Shown: piece after piece, positions 9,441 through 17,328 of the stretch
How the letters are laid out: every line of letters starts with the position of its first letter
Numbering within the stretch: the first letter of the stretch is position 1
DNA from: Polyangium sp.
GTDB lineage: Bacteria; Myxococcota_A; Polyangia; Polyangiales; Polyangiaceae
NCBI GenBank assembly: GCA_035437985.1
Contig: DAOMZH010000001.1
Span: forward strand, 11,575 to 75,574
Direction: 5' to 3'
Length of the DNA stretch: 64,000 bases
Notes under the pieces: generated by a model
Databases searched by the model: none
What the model was told of the DNA's origin: nothing
The model's input: the letters and a program-made list of their open reading frames with translations, nothing else
Made by a program: the position numbers and the translations under genes

Positions 9441-12400
9441 TCAGCGCCGTCTCTGCTGCTTGCGCGTTCTCTGATTGTAGGGGACGCGGTTGTTTTCTCC
9501 GGTTCCGCCTTCACGGTGGTCAATCACAAGGTCCTCCGCACCTGGTGTGGAGTACTCAATGCGCATTTGGTTTGCTCTGGCGAAATCCTCAAGGGCGACG
9601 GCGCAATTGTTACATGACCGAGAACCCCCTGAGATGCGGGCCGTCGAACCTCGTAGATCTCCCCGCTTGGAGAGTTCGCGCATGATTTTGAATTCGCTAT
9701 GGGAGTCTTGCCAGAGCGTGCCAAATGAGGCGCCGTTTTTCTTGCGTCCCTGGACGTGCGCATCCGCATTGTCGTACCGCGTTCCAGCATAACCCGAAGC
9801 AAATTCGTTTCGACCGAGTGGGGAGTTACTTTGCGGATTTTGAATGGGGTGCGTAGTGCCGTCCGCCGTTTCCAATTCTGCAGTGGCAATATGTGGTGCC
9901 AAGCCGAAGGGATCGACATCCGTAATGGGGTTATCGCCATATTTGTATTGATTCAGGTCCGGAAGCACACCCAACGGATCCGGGCTGATGTATCGACCTG
10001 ATTCAGGATCGTAATAGCGGTTTCGGTTGTAATGAAGTCCGATTTCCTCATCAGCGTATTGGCCTTGTGCGCGAATGGGACTGTCAATGCGCGATTCACC
10101 ACGCGGAACCAGTTCACCCCATGCTTTTCGTTCGTATTCGCAAAGAACTTCGCCTGACGCATCGGTCAACGCCATCGGCATGCCCGCTTGATCGAGCACG
10201 TAATACGCCCAGGTGACATCATCGTCATTGCCATTGCGACGAATGCGCATGCCCCAAGGAACCAAGGCTCTTTCCGACCAGCCGTACGTCCGCTCCTCGA
10301 TGATCGGATCGCCGCTCGCTGCGGCCTTGCGTCGAATTTCGTGAACGAGACGATCACCGTCCCAGACAAACCGCGTCGTGGATTGTTCGATGCGCCCAGC
10401 GACTTTGCGTTCGACGTTTTTCAAGACGCGTCGACCAATAGGATCGTATTGGAAGGAAACGACAGCACCATCGGGCATTTCGACTTTCTCGAGCATGTCC
10501 ATGGCATTCCAGTGGTACCGGGTCTGTTCGACACCGCCCCCAGGGATCGAACGCCTCTTTTCAATGATGCGTCCGTGCTCGTCGTAATCGTACGCATCCG
10601 TGTTGCGCTGCTCGAGGCGATTACCAGCACCATATCGTCGAGGTTCGCCGCGCAAATACGCATTGCCTGGACCGTCGTAATCCCATTGCCCACGAGTTTG
10701 ACCATCGACGGATTGGCTAGTCAACCGATGTTGCCCATTGTATCCGTATTCGATCGAGCTTTTGCGCAGCGTGTCCCACGTGCTCACGACTTCGCTGATG
10801 GCGTTGTACGAGAATTGCCGCTCAAACGTGACATCGGGACCGACGGGAGCACCGACGACGGGTACATTGGGTGCAAAGCCGGATTTCCGGGTCGCCCTGG
10901 CACGCAAGCGCGTCAAATTGCCGACGATATCGAAATCGAGCTCCAAACGTCCGCCCGCGCCAAACGTCCGGGCAATTTCTCCACCTCGGACGTCACGTTG
11001 GAACGTCAATTCTGCCCCATCACTCGTGCGAATGCGGAGGGGATTACCAGCGGGATCGCGTTCGACGAATTCCGAGTACCCAAAATTGCCAGATATCTCC
11101 GTATTTCGACCGGCTCGATCGACGGAATGCCGAACTTCGAAGGTTTGTCCGTCGACGACTTGAATTTCTTTGAGTATGTCACCAGCGGCATTACGTTGGA
11201 GCAAAAATTCACCTGCGGGTGAGCGCATGCCAATGGGGCGCCCGCACGCATCCCATTGAAATTCGTGTTCGGTACCATCTGGGAAGGTTTTCTTCACCAC
11301 CCGACCCAACGCATCGTATTCGAATTTCGTGACGTCGCCGTTGGATGCGCGTTTTTCTGTGACAAACCCCATCGCATCGCGTTTGTAGGTAACCGAGCGA
11401 CCATCGAAAAACGTCTCTTCGCGCACGAGGCCCATGGGGTTGAACTTTGCGCGATACGTTTCGGATTTTTCGTTCCAAGCTTCGACGCAACGCCCCTCGC
11501 GATCGTATTTGTACCGTGTTACGTCGCCTCCTGGTGCTTCAATGGCGACCAAACGATCATAACCCGCATACCGATAACGATACGTTTGTCCCATTGGATT
11601 CATGATATCAGTAACGCGTCCGACCCCGTCGAATACGTATTGCGTGATCGAGCCATCGGCATCACGCATGGAAGTGCAACGTCCGCCCGTCGTGTATCCC
11701 GCATAAACAGTGGCGCCCAGGGGGCCGCGCAAGGACACCGGACGGCCAAAAAAGTCATATTCGATTGTCGTGACCGCACCCGTCGGTTCGACGAACGAAG
11801 TCACATTACCCATAGCGTCGTGTCGGAATTGCCGAATCGCGCCGCTCGGATCAACGACGTCCGTGACGAGCCCCCGAGTATCGCGAGTGTATTGGGTCGT
11901 TCCGCCCTGACCATCCGTAATCGAAATGATGTTCCCTTGTTTGTCGTAACCATACACTTCGAAGGAACCGTCAGGCTTGACGATTTCTATCGGCAGGCCC
12001 CGTTCGTCGCGGGTGTATTTGGTGGTTTGGCCGAGGGGATTGGTTTCGGCGAGAATGCGTCCGCGGTCGTCGCGTTCGTAAATCGTCGTATTGCCCAGCG
12101 GATCGGTCAATTCGCGCAAATAGCCAAATTCGTCGAAAACGCGCGTCGTCACACTCCCGGCAGATACGGTCTTTTCAGCGCCGCCGTGCCCCTTGCCGTT
12201 ATTGACACGCTGCACTTGCAACGAATCGGCAATTTCGACGTATCCATCGGGGGAAAATGTGATCTTGACGTGATGCACGCCTTTGGCCGGGGTCACTCCA
12301 TCGGCCAATGTGGCCGGAACGTCGTCGGCGAGGCTTTCGTCGACGTGTCCCGGATAATCACCCCACGTCTCGATACAAAAATCATCCTCGTTGTAGCGAT

Positions 12401-13304
12401 AATGAAACACGAGCCCCGTGGCCCCTATCGCTTCGGTCATTCGATGTTTTTGATAACGAAATCGCGTCCGCGCTCCGTCGGCATTCACGACCTCGACCAA
12501 GTCACTGTCTTGATCGTATTGGTATCCAGCAAAAGATACCCATTGCCCTCGGGCAACGGCATTATAAACATCGAGGCTGACCAGATGCCCAGCGTTGTCG
12601 CGGCGAAATGTGATATGTCGCCCGACGCAATCGAGCGCTTTGGCCAAATAAGGACCCTCGTACTCGAAGCGAATCGTGTTTTTGTTCTGGTCGAAGACTT
12701 CGACGAGACGATAATAATTGGGTTCGGTTGCTGGGCGGAATCGACGCAATACGCCGTCCATTGCATCCAAGACAAACCCATCGTCCTCGCGCCACAATTG
12801 CCAACCTTCGGCGCTGGCAACCGTCGAGCCGTCTTTCGGCGGAACATCGAATTGCACACGCTCACCACGCCCGCTCAGAACTTCCGCATCGCGCCGTCCG
12901 CAATGCAAATTCCACGCGAACGAATGCGACCAACCCGGTCCGAGCCCGACGTCGATGGCCCACGACGCACTCGAATAACTTCGTTTGAACTCAAAAGGAA
13001 TCGGTCCAGCGAGTTTCAGATCAGTGACGGGATTGGTGAAGGCGCGTCCTGTGGCGAGTTCGACGGGATCGCCGGCTGATGGGCTATGAGCATGTACCGG
13101 ACAACCCATGCCGCCAGAGCCCGCACAGTTGCCGCCGCCGGTAGCATTTTCCCCGGCACCTTTGCCCCCGGCGCCTTGTTTTCCCTTACCAGGGTTTTTC
13201 GTGTTCCCACTGGCACCCCCCATGCCGCCTCCGCCGCCCATGAGCCAGATGCCGGGGTTCATACCAGGGATGGCGGGAATATTCGGAAACGGAGCGGTGC
13301 GCAT
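9441..13304 (-). CDS. Rhs/YD-repeat polymorphic toxin with C-terminal DddA/SCP1.201-like nucleic-acid deaminase tip (no PAAR domain)
   Basis: Gly-rich N-terminus, YD repeats, Rhs core end GLHYNRNRYYDPESGRYISPDPLG...DVDPFGL. The 152-aa tip carries HSE (9693-9701) and SCNNC (9603-9614), the H-x-E...C-x-x-C zinc-deaminase signature. Confidence 0.9.
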   Translation of the reverse strand: MRTAPFPNIPAIPGMNPGIWLMGGGGGMGGASGNTKNPGKGKQGAGGKGAGENATGGGNCAGSGGMGCPVHAHSPSAGDPVELATGRAFTNPVTDLKLAGPIPFEFKRSYSSASWAIDVGLGPGWSHSFAWNLHCGRRDAEVLSGRGERVQFDVPPKDGSTVASAEGWQLWREDDGFVLDAMDGVLRRFRPATEPNYYRLVEVFDQNKNTIRFEYEGPYLAKALDCVGRHITFRRDNAGHLVSLDVYNAVARGQWVSFAGYQYDQDSDLVEVVNADGARTRFRYQKHRMTEAIGATGLVFHYRYNEDDFCIETWGDYPGHVDESLADDVPATLADGVTPAKGVHHVKITFSPDGYVEIADSLQVQRVNNGKGHGGAEKTVSAGSVTTRVFDEFGYLRELTDPLGNTTIYERDDRGRILAETNPLGQTTKYTRDERGLPIEIVKPDGSFEVYGYDKQGNIISITDGQGGTTQYTRDTRGLVTDVVDPSGAIRQFRHDAMGNVTSFVEPTGAVTTIEYDFFGRPVSLRGPLGATVYAGYTTGGRCTSMRDADGSITQYVFDGVGRVTDIMNPMGQTYRYRYAGYDRLVAIEAPGGDVTRYKYDREGRCVEAWNEKSETYRAKFNPMGLVREETFFDGRSVTYKRDAMGFVTEKRASNGDVTKFEYDALGRVVKKTFPDGTEHEFQWDACGRPIGMRSPAGEFLLQRNAAGDILKEIQVVDGQTFEVRHSVDRAGRNTEISGNFGYSEFVERDPAGNPLRIRTSDGAELTFQRDVRGGEIARTFGAGGRLELDFDIVGNLTRLRARATRKSGFAPNVPVVGAPVGPDVTFERQFSYNAISEVVSTWDTLRKSSIEYGYNGQHRLTSQSVDGQTRGQWDYDGPGNAYLRGEPRRYGAGNRLEQRNTDAYDYDEHGRIIEKRRSIPGGGVEQTRYHWNAMDMLEKVEMPDGAVVSFQYDPIGRRVLKNVERKVAGRIEQSTTRFVWDGDRLVHEIRRKAAASGDPIIEERTYGWSERALVPWGMRIRRNGNDDDVTWAYYVLDQAGMPMALTDASGEVLCEYERKAWGELVPRGESRIDSPIRAQGQYADEEIGLHYNRNRYYDPESGRYISPDPLGVLPDLNQYKYGDNPITDVDPFGLAPHIATAELETADGTTHPIQNPQSNSPLGRNEFASGYAGTRYDNADAHVQGRKKNGASFGTLWQDSHSEFKIMRELSKRGDLRGSTARISGGSRSCNNCAVALEDFARANQMRIEYSTPGAEDLVIDHREGGTGENNRVPYNQRTRKQQRRR

Positions 13305-13355
13305 GGCGCATGATCCCCTGAACTGGCCCGCTCGGTCAAGGGCAATGCCGGTGCT

Positions 13356-13898
13356 TCAACGCATTGCACGTCGCCAACGGTCGGCCAGCTCTTCGTCTTT
13401 CATCATCTTGTCCATCCAGTGTTGCTGACTGGCCAAAAACGCCGGAAAAGTCGTACCGAATCGTTGCAGCGTCGCTGCCGCATCTCCGCCGTATCGCAAC
13501 GCTCGGACCAATTCGATGAATTTTTCGAATGGCAATAAAGCGGTTTTCTGACGCGCCCTTTGGGCCCGAACGAACGCATCCGAATAAGCGGTCAACAAGG
13601 GCGGAATATTATCCCCACACGCGTTTTCTTCAGCCGAAATGCGCGCTTGCCAGGCATTGTCCAGCGCTTCCCAACGGTCTTCATCGAGTCCATGAGCCTC
13701 GAGAATCGCCGCGCGATCCACCGCAGGATCAGCCAATGTTGCCGCAAGCTCGGCAAACGCTTCGATATCCTGATTGTACATTTGGGGCTGCGGATCGCGT
13801 GCGGCGTCCTCCGCCCCAAACCCCTGCTCGAGCATTCGAGGCTTCGAGTCGTCCGGGGCGCTCTGCACTCCAAACTCCTCTGTCGATTTCGTGTTCAC
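13356..13898 (-). CDS. Hypothetical helical protein, first gene of the Rhs operon (start uncertain)
   Basis: 180-aa ORF ending 51 nt upstream of the Rhs start on the same strand. GTG start at 13898; first ATG at 13835. No recognisable motif. Confidence 0.5.
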   Translation of the reverse strand: MNTKSTEEFGVQSAPDDSKPRMLEQGFGAEDAARDPQPQMYNQDIEAFAELAATLADPAVDRAAILEAHGLDEDRWEALDNAWQARISAEENACGDNIPPLLTAYSDAFVRAQRARQKTALLPFEKFIELVRALRYGGDAAATLQRFGTTFPAFLASQQHWMDKMMKDEELADRWRRAMR

Positions 13899-13936
13899 GC
13901 CGGGCAGAATACCTCATCTCGACGTCGTCGATCCAA

Positions 13937-16060
13937 ATGCCTTTTCACGGAACGACGAACGCGGTAGCACCATCCGAGGTGCCCGTGTCGACCTTGGAAC
14001 CGTTGGCCTTTCGCAGTGACCAACCCGCGCAAGCTGGGATTACGGCGTTACAACAAGCCCTGGAAATGGCGCACTCCGAACTGCGCCGTGCCGGTGTCGA
14101 GTTGGAACGGTTGGACGAACCCACTTTCGATCCGATCCCGGCAGCTCGGGCTACGGAGCGCGCATTAAAAGCGCTGTTCGATGTTTACGATACGCGCGGC
14201 GCGCCGCTCGAAGCCGTGCTTTCAGTCAACACGGCAATCGATGAAGCTGCAAATGCCGCGCAAAATGGGGATGCGCGCGAAGTCGGGCCGTTTCGTGAGC
14301 GGCTCACACGCGCACGTGCGGCGATGGCGCGCGTGATGGAGCGTTTGGGCGTGACGAGTTTGCCCAACACGAACATGCCTGCGCCGTTGCGGGCGAGCAT
14401 CGATGCGCCCCGTTCGCACTTCGTGGCGCGCACGTCGATCGTTCCGCCGCTCGACGTCAAACCGCAAAAGATTACTCATGCAGTGGTGCTTCCACCCCCG
14501 ATTGCCAAACCGCAATCGTTTGCCCAACTGCAACAAGCAGTCGCGACATTAAAAGAACGCGGGCAACAAGGGCGGGATGTCGGGGCCCGCGCAGGGGTTC
14601 CAAAAGCCAAACCCGAGGCATTACCTGCCCAAGCATCACCACCGCCCGCCCCAGGGTTTGCCCGGGACATCGACGCGGCGATCGACGAGATTGCGTTTTT
14701 GCGCGATCGAACGCGAACGTGTTTCGAAGAAGTCGCGATGGCCGGAATGCAACGAACGCCGCTGGTTGGAGACTCGTGGCGCAGTTCGTTGTTGCTCGAA
14801 CGTCGCATGCTCGCCTCGATTGATCTCATTGCGGCGATTGGCGAAGCGGCGCTCGAGCACGTGCCGCGATTGGTGGTTGATGCGCCAGCGAAAGATCCGA
14901 GCCGCGCGTTTGCCGCCGGGATGATTTTGGGGTGTTTTTCCGGGCGTGACGCTTTGGCTGCGGCCGAACGAGCGGTATTTTCGAAGGGTGAATTGGACGC
15001 GGCGTTTGTCCGAGAATTAGCCGTCGCGTTTTCGATATGCCCGCACGATGGTTTGTCTCTGGCGATGCGCGCCTTGTTACACGAGGACGAACCTCGACTC
15101 CGCGCCCTTGGTCTGAGCGTGCTCGGTCATCGGAACTTGGCGACGAAGCAAGAACTGACCGCGTTCTGTTCGGACGAACCCGTGGTTGCAGCTGAGGCGA
15201 TCGTGCACTTGGCGACGACGTTTGGGGTGTTCGATGATGGGGTGATCGATCGTGCGCTCGAGTCGGCTGATGCAGACCTGCGTGAAGCGGCGTTGTGCGC
15301 GATGGCGCTCGCTGGCGATTCGCGGATGGTGCCGAGGTTTTTCTCGGCCATGGACGGTCCGAGCGTCGATGTAGCGGCGTTGTACTTGGCGTTGATGGGT
15401 GATGAACAAGATGCGCAAGGTTTGCTGCATCGGTTGCGACAAACCCCGTCGCGAGGGTTTGTCGTGGCGCTAGGCTGGAGTGGTTCGGGGATGGCGATAG
15501 CGCCGCTGTTCGAACTGCTCGAATCGTCCAAGAGTGAAATGCGTGTTGCCGCGGCGTGGGCGCTGGAGCGCATAACGGGTGCCGGGCTTTGGGAAGAAGC
15601 GGAAGTGCCGGCGGAGAATTTGGATGCGCCCGAGCCTGCGTCGCCGGAGGTTGGTGAAGCGCCAGCACCGAAGCTGGTGAAAGTGGTGAGTGATCCACGG
15701 GATGAGCCGGACAAACCAGCGGCGGAGTTACTGGAACGACCGACGACGGATGCGTCGCGCTGGCGGACGTGGTGGCAACAGAATGCGGGTTCGTTCGATA
15801 TGCGTCGTCGCTATCGACTTGGACAGCCGTATACGCCGCTGATCGTGCATCGTGAGCTGGATACGGAGAGACGAACGCCTGCGGAACGCTTGCTGCTGCA
15901 ACGGGAATTGATTTTGCGGACGGGTACGGTGGTGCGACTTCATCCGCAAGACTTGGTGCAGGTGCAAGAGCAAGCGGTGCGTGATTGGCAAGGTCCTGCG
16001 CGGGGAGCGTCGAGTAACCCTGGCATGTGGGTTCGTCCGGGCCGCAAACTGGTGGGTTGA
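13937..16060 (+). CDS. HEAT/ARM-like alpha-solenoid protein (707 aa)
   Basis: ATG at 13937 avoids overlap with the opposite-strand gene. Ala/Leu-rich helical repeats (e.g. EPRLRALGLSVLGHR, DADLREAALCAMALAGD, EMRVAAAWALERITG) resemble HEAT repeats. Confidence 0.6.
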   Translation: MPFHGTTNAVAPSEVPVSTLEPLAFRSDQPAQAGITALQQALEMAHSELRRAGVELERLDEPTFDPIPAARATERALKALFDVYDTRGAPLEAVLSVNTAIDEAANAAQNGDAREVGPFRERLTRARAAMARVMERLGVTSLPNTNMPAPLRASIDAPRSHFVARTSIVPPLDVKPQKITHAVVLPPPIAKPQSFAQLQQAVATLKERGQQGRDVGARAGVPKAKPEALPAQASPPPAPGFARDIDAAIDEIAFLRDRTRTCFEEVAMAGMQRTPLVGDSWRSSLLLERRMLASIDLIAAIGEAALEHVPRLVVDAPAKDPSRAFAAGMILGCFSGRDALAAAERAVFSKGELDAAFVRELAVAFSICPHDGLSLAMRALLHEDEPRLRALGLSVLGHRNLATKQELTAFCSDEPVVAAEAIVHLATTFGVFDDGVIDRALESADADLREAALCAMALAGDSRMVPRFFSAMDGPSVDVAALYLALMGDEQDAQGLLHRLRQTPSRGFVVALGWSGSGMAIAPLFELLESSKSEMRVAAAWALERITGAGLWEEAEVPAENLDAPEPASPEVGEAPAPKLVKVVSDPRDEPDKPAAELLERPTTDASRWRTWWQQNAGSFDMRRRYRLGQPYTPLIVHRELDTERRTPAERLLLQRELILRTGTVVRLHPQDLVQVQEQAVRDWQGPARGASSNPGMWVRPGRKLVG

Positions 16061-16063
16061 GCG

Positions 16064-16087
16064 GGACAAACCGCCGTTTGTTTGTCC
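16064..16087 (+). terminator. Hairpin just after the HEAT-like gene (possible attenuator/terminator)
   Basis: GGACAAAC-cgccgttt-GTTTGTCC is a perfect 8-bp stem starting 4 nt after the stop. No T-tract follows. Confidence 0.25.
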
Positions 16088-16218
16088 AAGAGCCGAGCCA
16101 TCATGGAGGTTCTTCGGGCTGCGTGTTATTCTCTTGTGCGGTCCTGGGTTCTCGTATGAGATGCTGGATGAGGCTCCTTGGAGCTGGAGGGCCCGGTGCA
16201 ACCGCGTGAGAAAAGGGC

Positions 16219-17313
16219 ATGAACGTGAACGAAGCGATTCCTTCTGCACGTGCTCTGACGGGGCAAACAGCTCTCTCGTCGTGGATGTTCGATGCGCACA
16301 CGCCGAATCGTAAGAAGGTGCTCGAACTGGCGCGTCGTGCGGCACCTTCGTCGTGTCCGCTGCTGATTCTTGGCGGCTCGGGTGTGGGCAAAGAAGTCCT
16401 GGCGACGGACGTGCATCGGCACAGTGCTCGCGCGCAAGGTCCGTTTGTCTCGGTCAATAGCGCGGCGATTGCGCCCCAACTTTTCGAGAGCGCGTTTTTT
16501 GGACATCTCCGAGGTTCGTTCACGGGGGCAATGGCGGACAAACCTGGATTCATTGAATTGGCCCATGGGGGAACACTTTTTCTTGACGAAGTGGCAGAAT
16601 TGCATCCAGAGACGCAAGCCAAGCTTTTGCGTTTCTTGTCGCTCGGAACGTATTGGCCCGTTGGATCTCATACGGAACGTCATGCTGACGTGCGCATCAT
16701 TGCGGCTACGCATCGGAATATAGAGGACCTGAAAGGCGGCGTTTTTCGGGAAGACTTGTTTTATCGCTTGAGCGTCATCGTGCTGCGTATTCCTCCGCTC
16801 GAACGCGAGGACATTGCGGTTATTGCGCGCGCGATGGCTCGACACGCAATGGTTCGTCATGGTCGCGTTTTGTCGGATAGCGATATCGAAACCATTGCGG
16901 ACCATTGTGTGCTGCGTCGATGGCCAGGTGGTGCACGCGAGCTGCGAAACATGATCGACCGAGTGTTCGTACTTTGGGACGGACAAACGCCCATCGCGGC
17001 GCATTGCCTGGATATGCTGGAGATTGCCCCGACCTCGCAAACGAGTGAGTCGTCGCCGCGATTGGGTAATTCTTCCGCGATGAAGGACCTCGAGAATTTG
17101 GTTTTTTTGGCGATTGCGGCGGAATCGCCAGACGTGCGAGAACTTGCGCGGCGTACGGATCGGACGGTGCAAACGGTCTATTGGCGATTGAAGAAACTGG
17201 GAATCGATCCGCGAGACCTCGGGCCTACGCCGGCCTTGACCGAAGCAATGGCTCGTTTGCAGGAGCGCCTTGCGCCCGAATTGCCGTGGATTCAGGCGTT
17301 GTTGCGTTTTTGA
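16219..17313 (+). CDS. Sigma-54-dependent transcriptional activator lacking an N-terminal sensor/receiver domain
   Basis: Walker A GGSGVGKE, GSFTGA (GAFTGA loop), Walker B LFLDEVAEL, RIIAATHRN, FREDLFYRL, and a C-terminal HTH (VRELARRTDRTVQTVYWRLKKLGI). The AAA+ core starts about 45 aa from the N-terminus. Confidence 0.85.
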   Translation: MNVNEAIPSARALTGQTALSSWMFDAHTPNRKKVLELARRAAPSSCPLLILGGSGVGKEVLATDVHRHSARAQGPFVSVNSAAIAPQLFESAFFGHLRGSFTGAMADKPGFIELAHGGTLFLDEVAELHPETQAKLLRFLSLGTYWPVGSHTERHADVRIIAATHRNIEDLKGGVFREDLFYRLSVIVLRIPPLEREDIAVIARAMARHAMVRHGRVLSDSDIETIADHCVLRRWPGGARELRNMIDRVFVLWDGQTPIAAHCLDMLEIAPTSQTSESSPRLGNSSAMKDLENLVFLAIAAESPDVRELARRTDRTVQTVYWRLKKLGIDPRDLGPTPALTEAMARLQERLAPELPWIQALLRF

Positions 17314-17328
17314 TTCGAGCTGTGCTGG

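Noticed and set aside
4016-13079. Long plus-strand ORFs inside the Rhs genes (4016-5428, 470 aa; 10188-11222, 344 aa; 11256-13079, 607 aa, and others)
   Set aside because: They lie entirely antisense to ORFs with unmistakable YD-repeat/Rhs translations. Their products are Arg/Ser/Pro-rich low-complexity strings with no motifs, which is a typical antisense-ORF artefact of GC-rich repetitive coding DNA.
13211-13225. Plus-strand TGGCAC-CCCCC-ATGC sigma-54-like match
   Set aside because: It lies inside and antisense to the Rhs-2 coding region, 700 nt from the next plus-strand gene. It is most likely chance in GC-rich DNA.
13529-13936. N-terminal 136-codon extension of the HEAT-like ORF proposed by the ORF track
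   Set aside because: It overlaps the opposite-strand gene 13356-13898 almost completely and translates to Pro/Arg-rich nonsense. ATG 13937 gives a clean divergent arrangement.
14826-17172. Minus-strand ORFs 14826-15698, 15127-15714, 15728-16345 and 16126-17172
   Set aside because: They are antisense to the HEAT-like gene and to the sigma-54 activator, whose AAA+ motifs are unambiguous. Their products are Arg/Pro/Ser-rich with no motifs.
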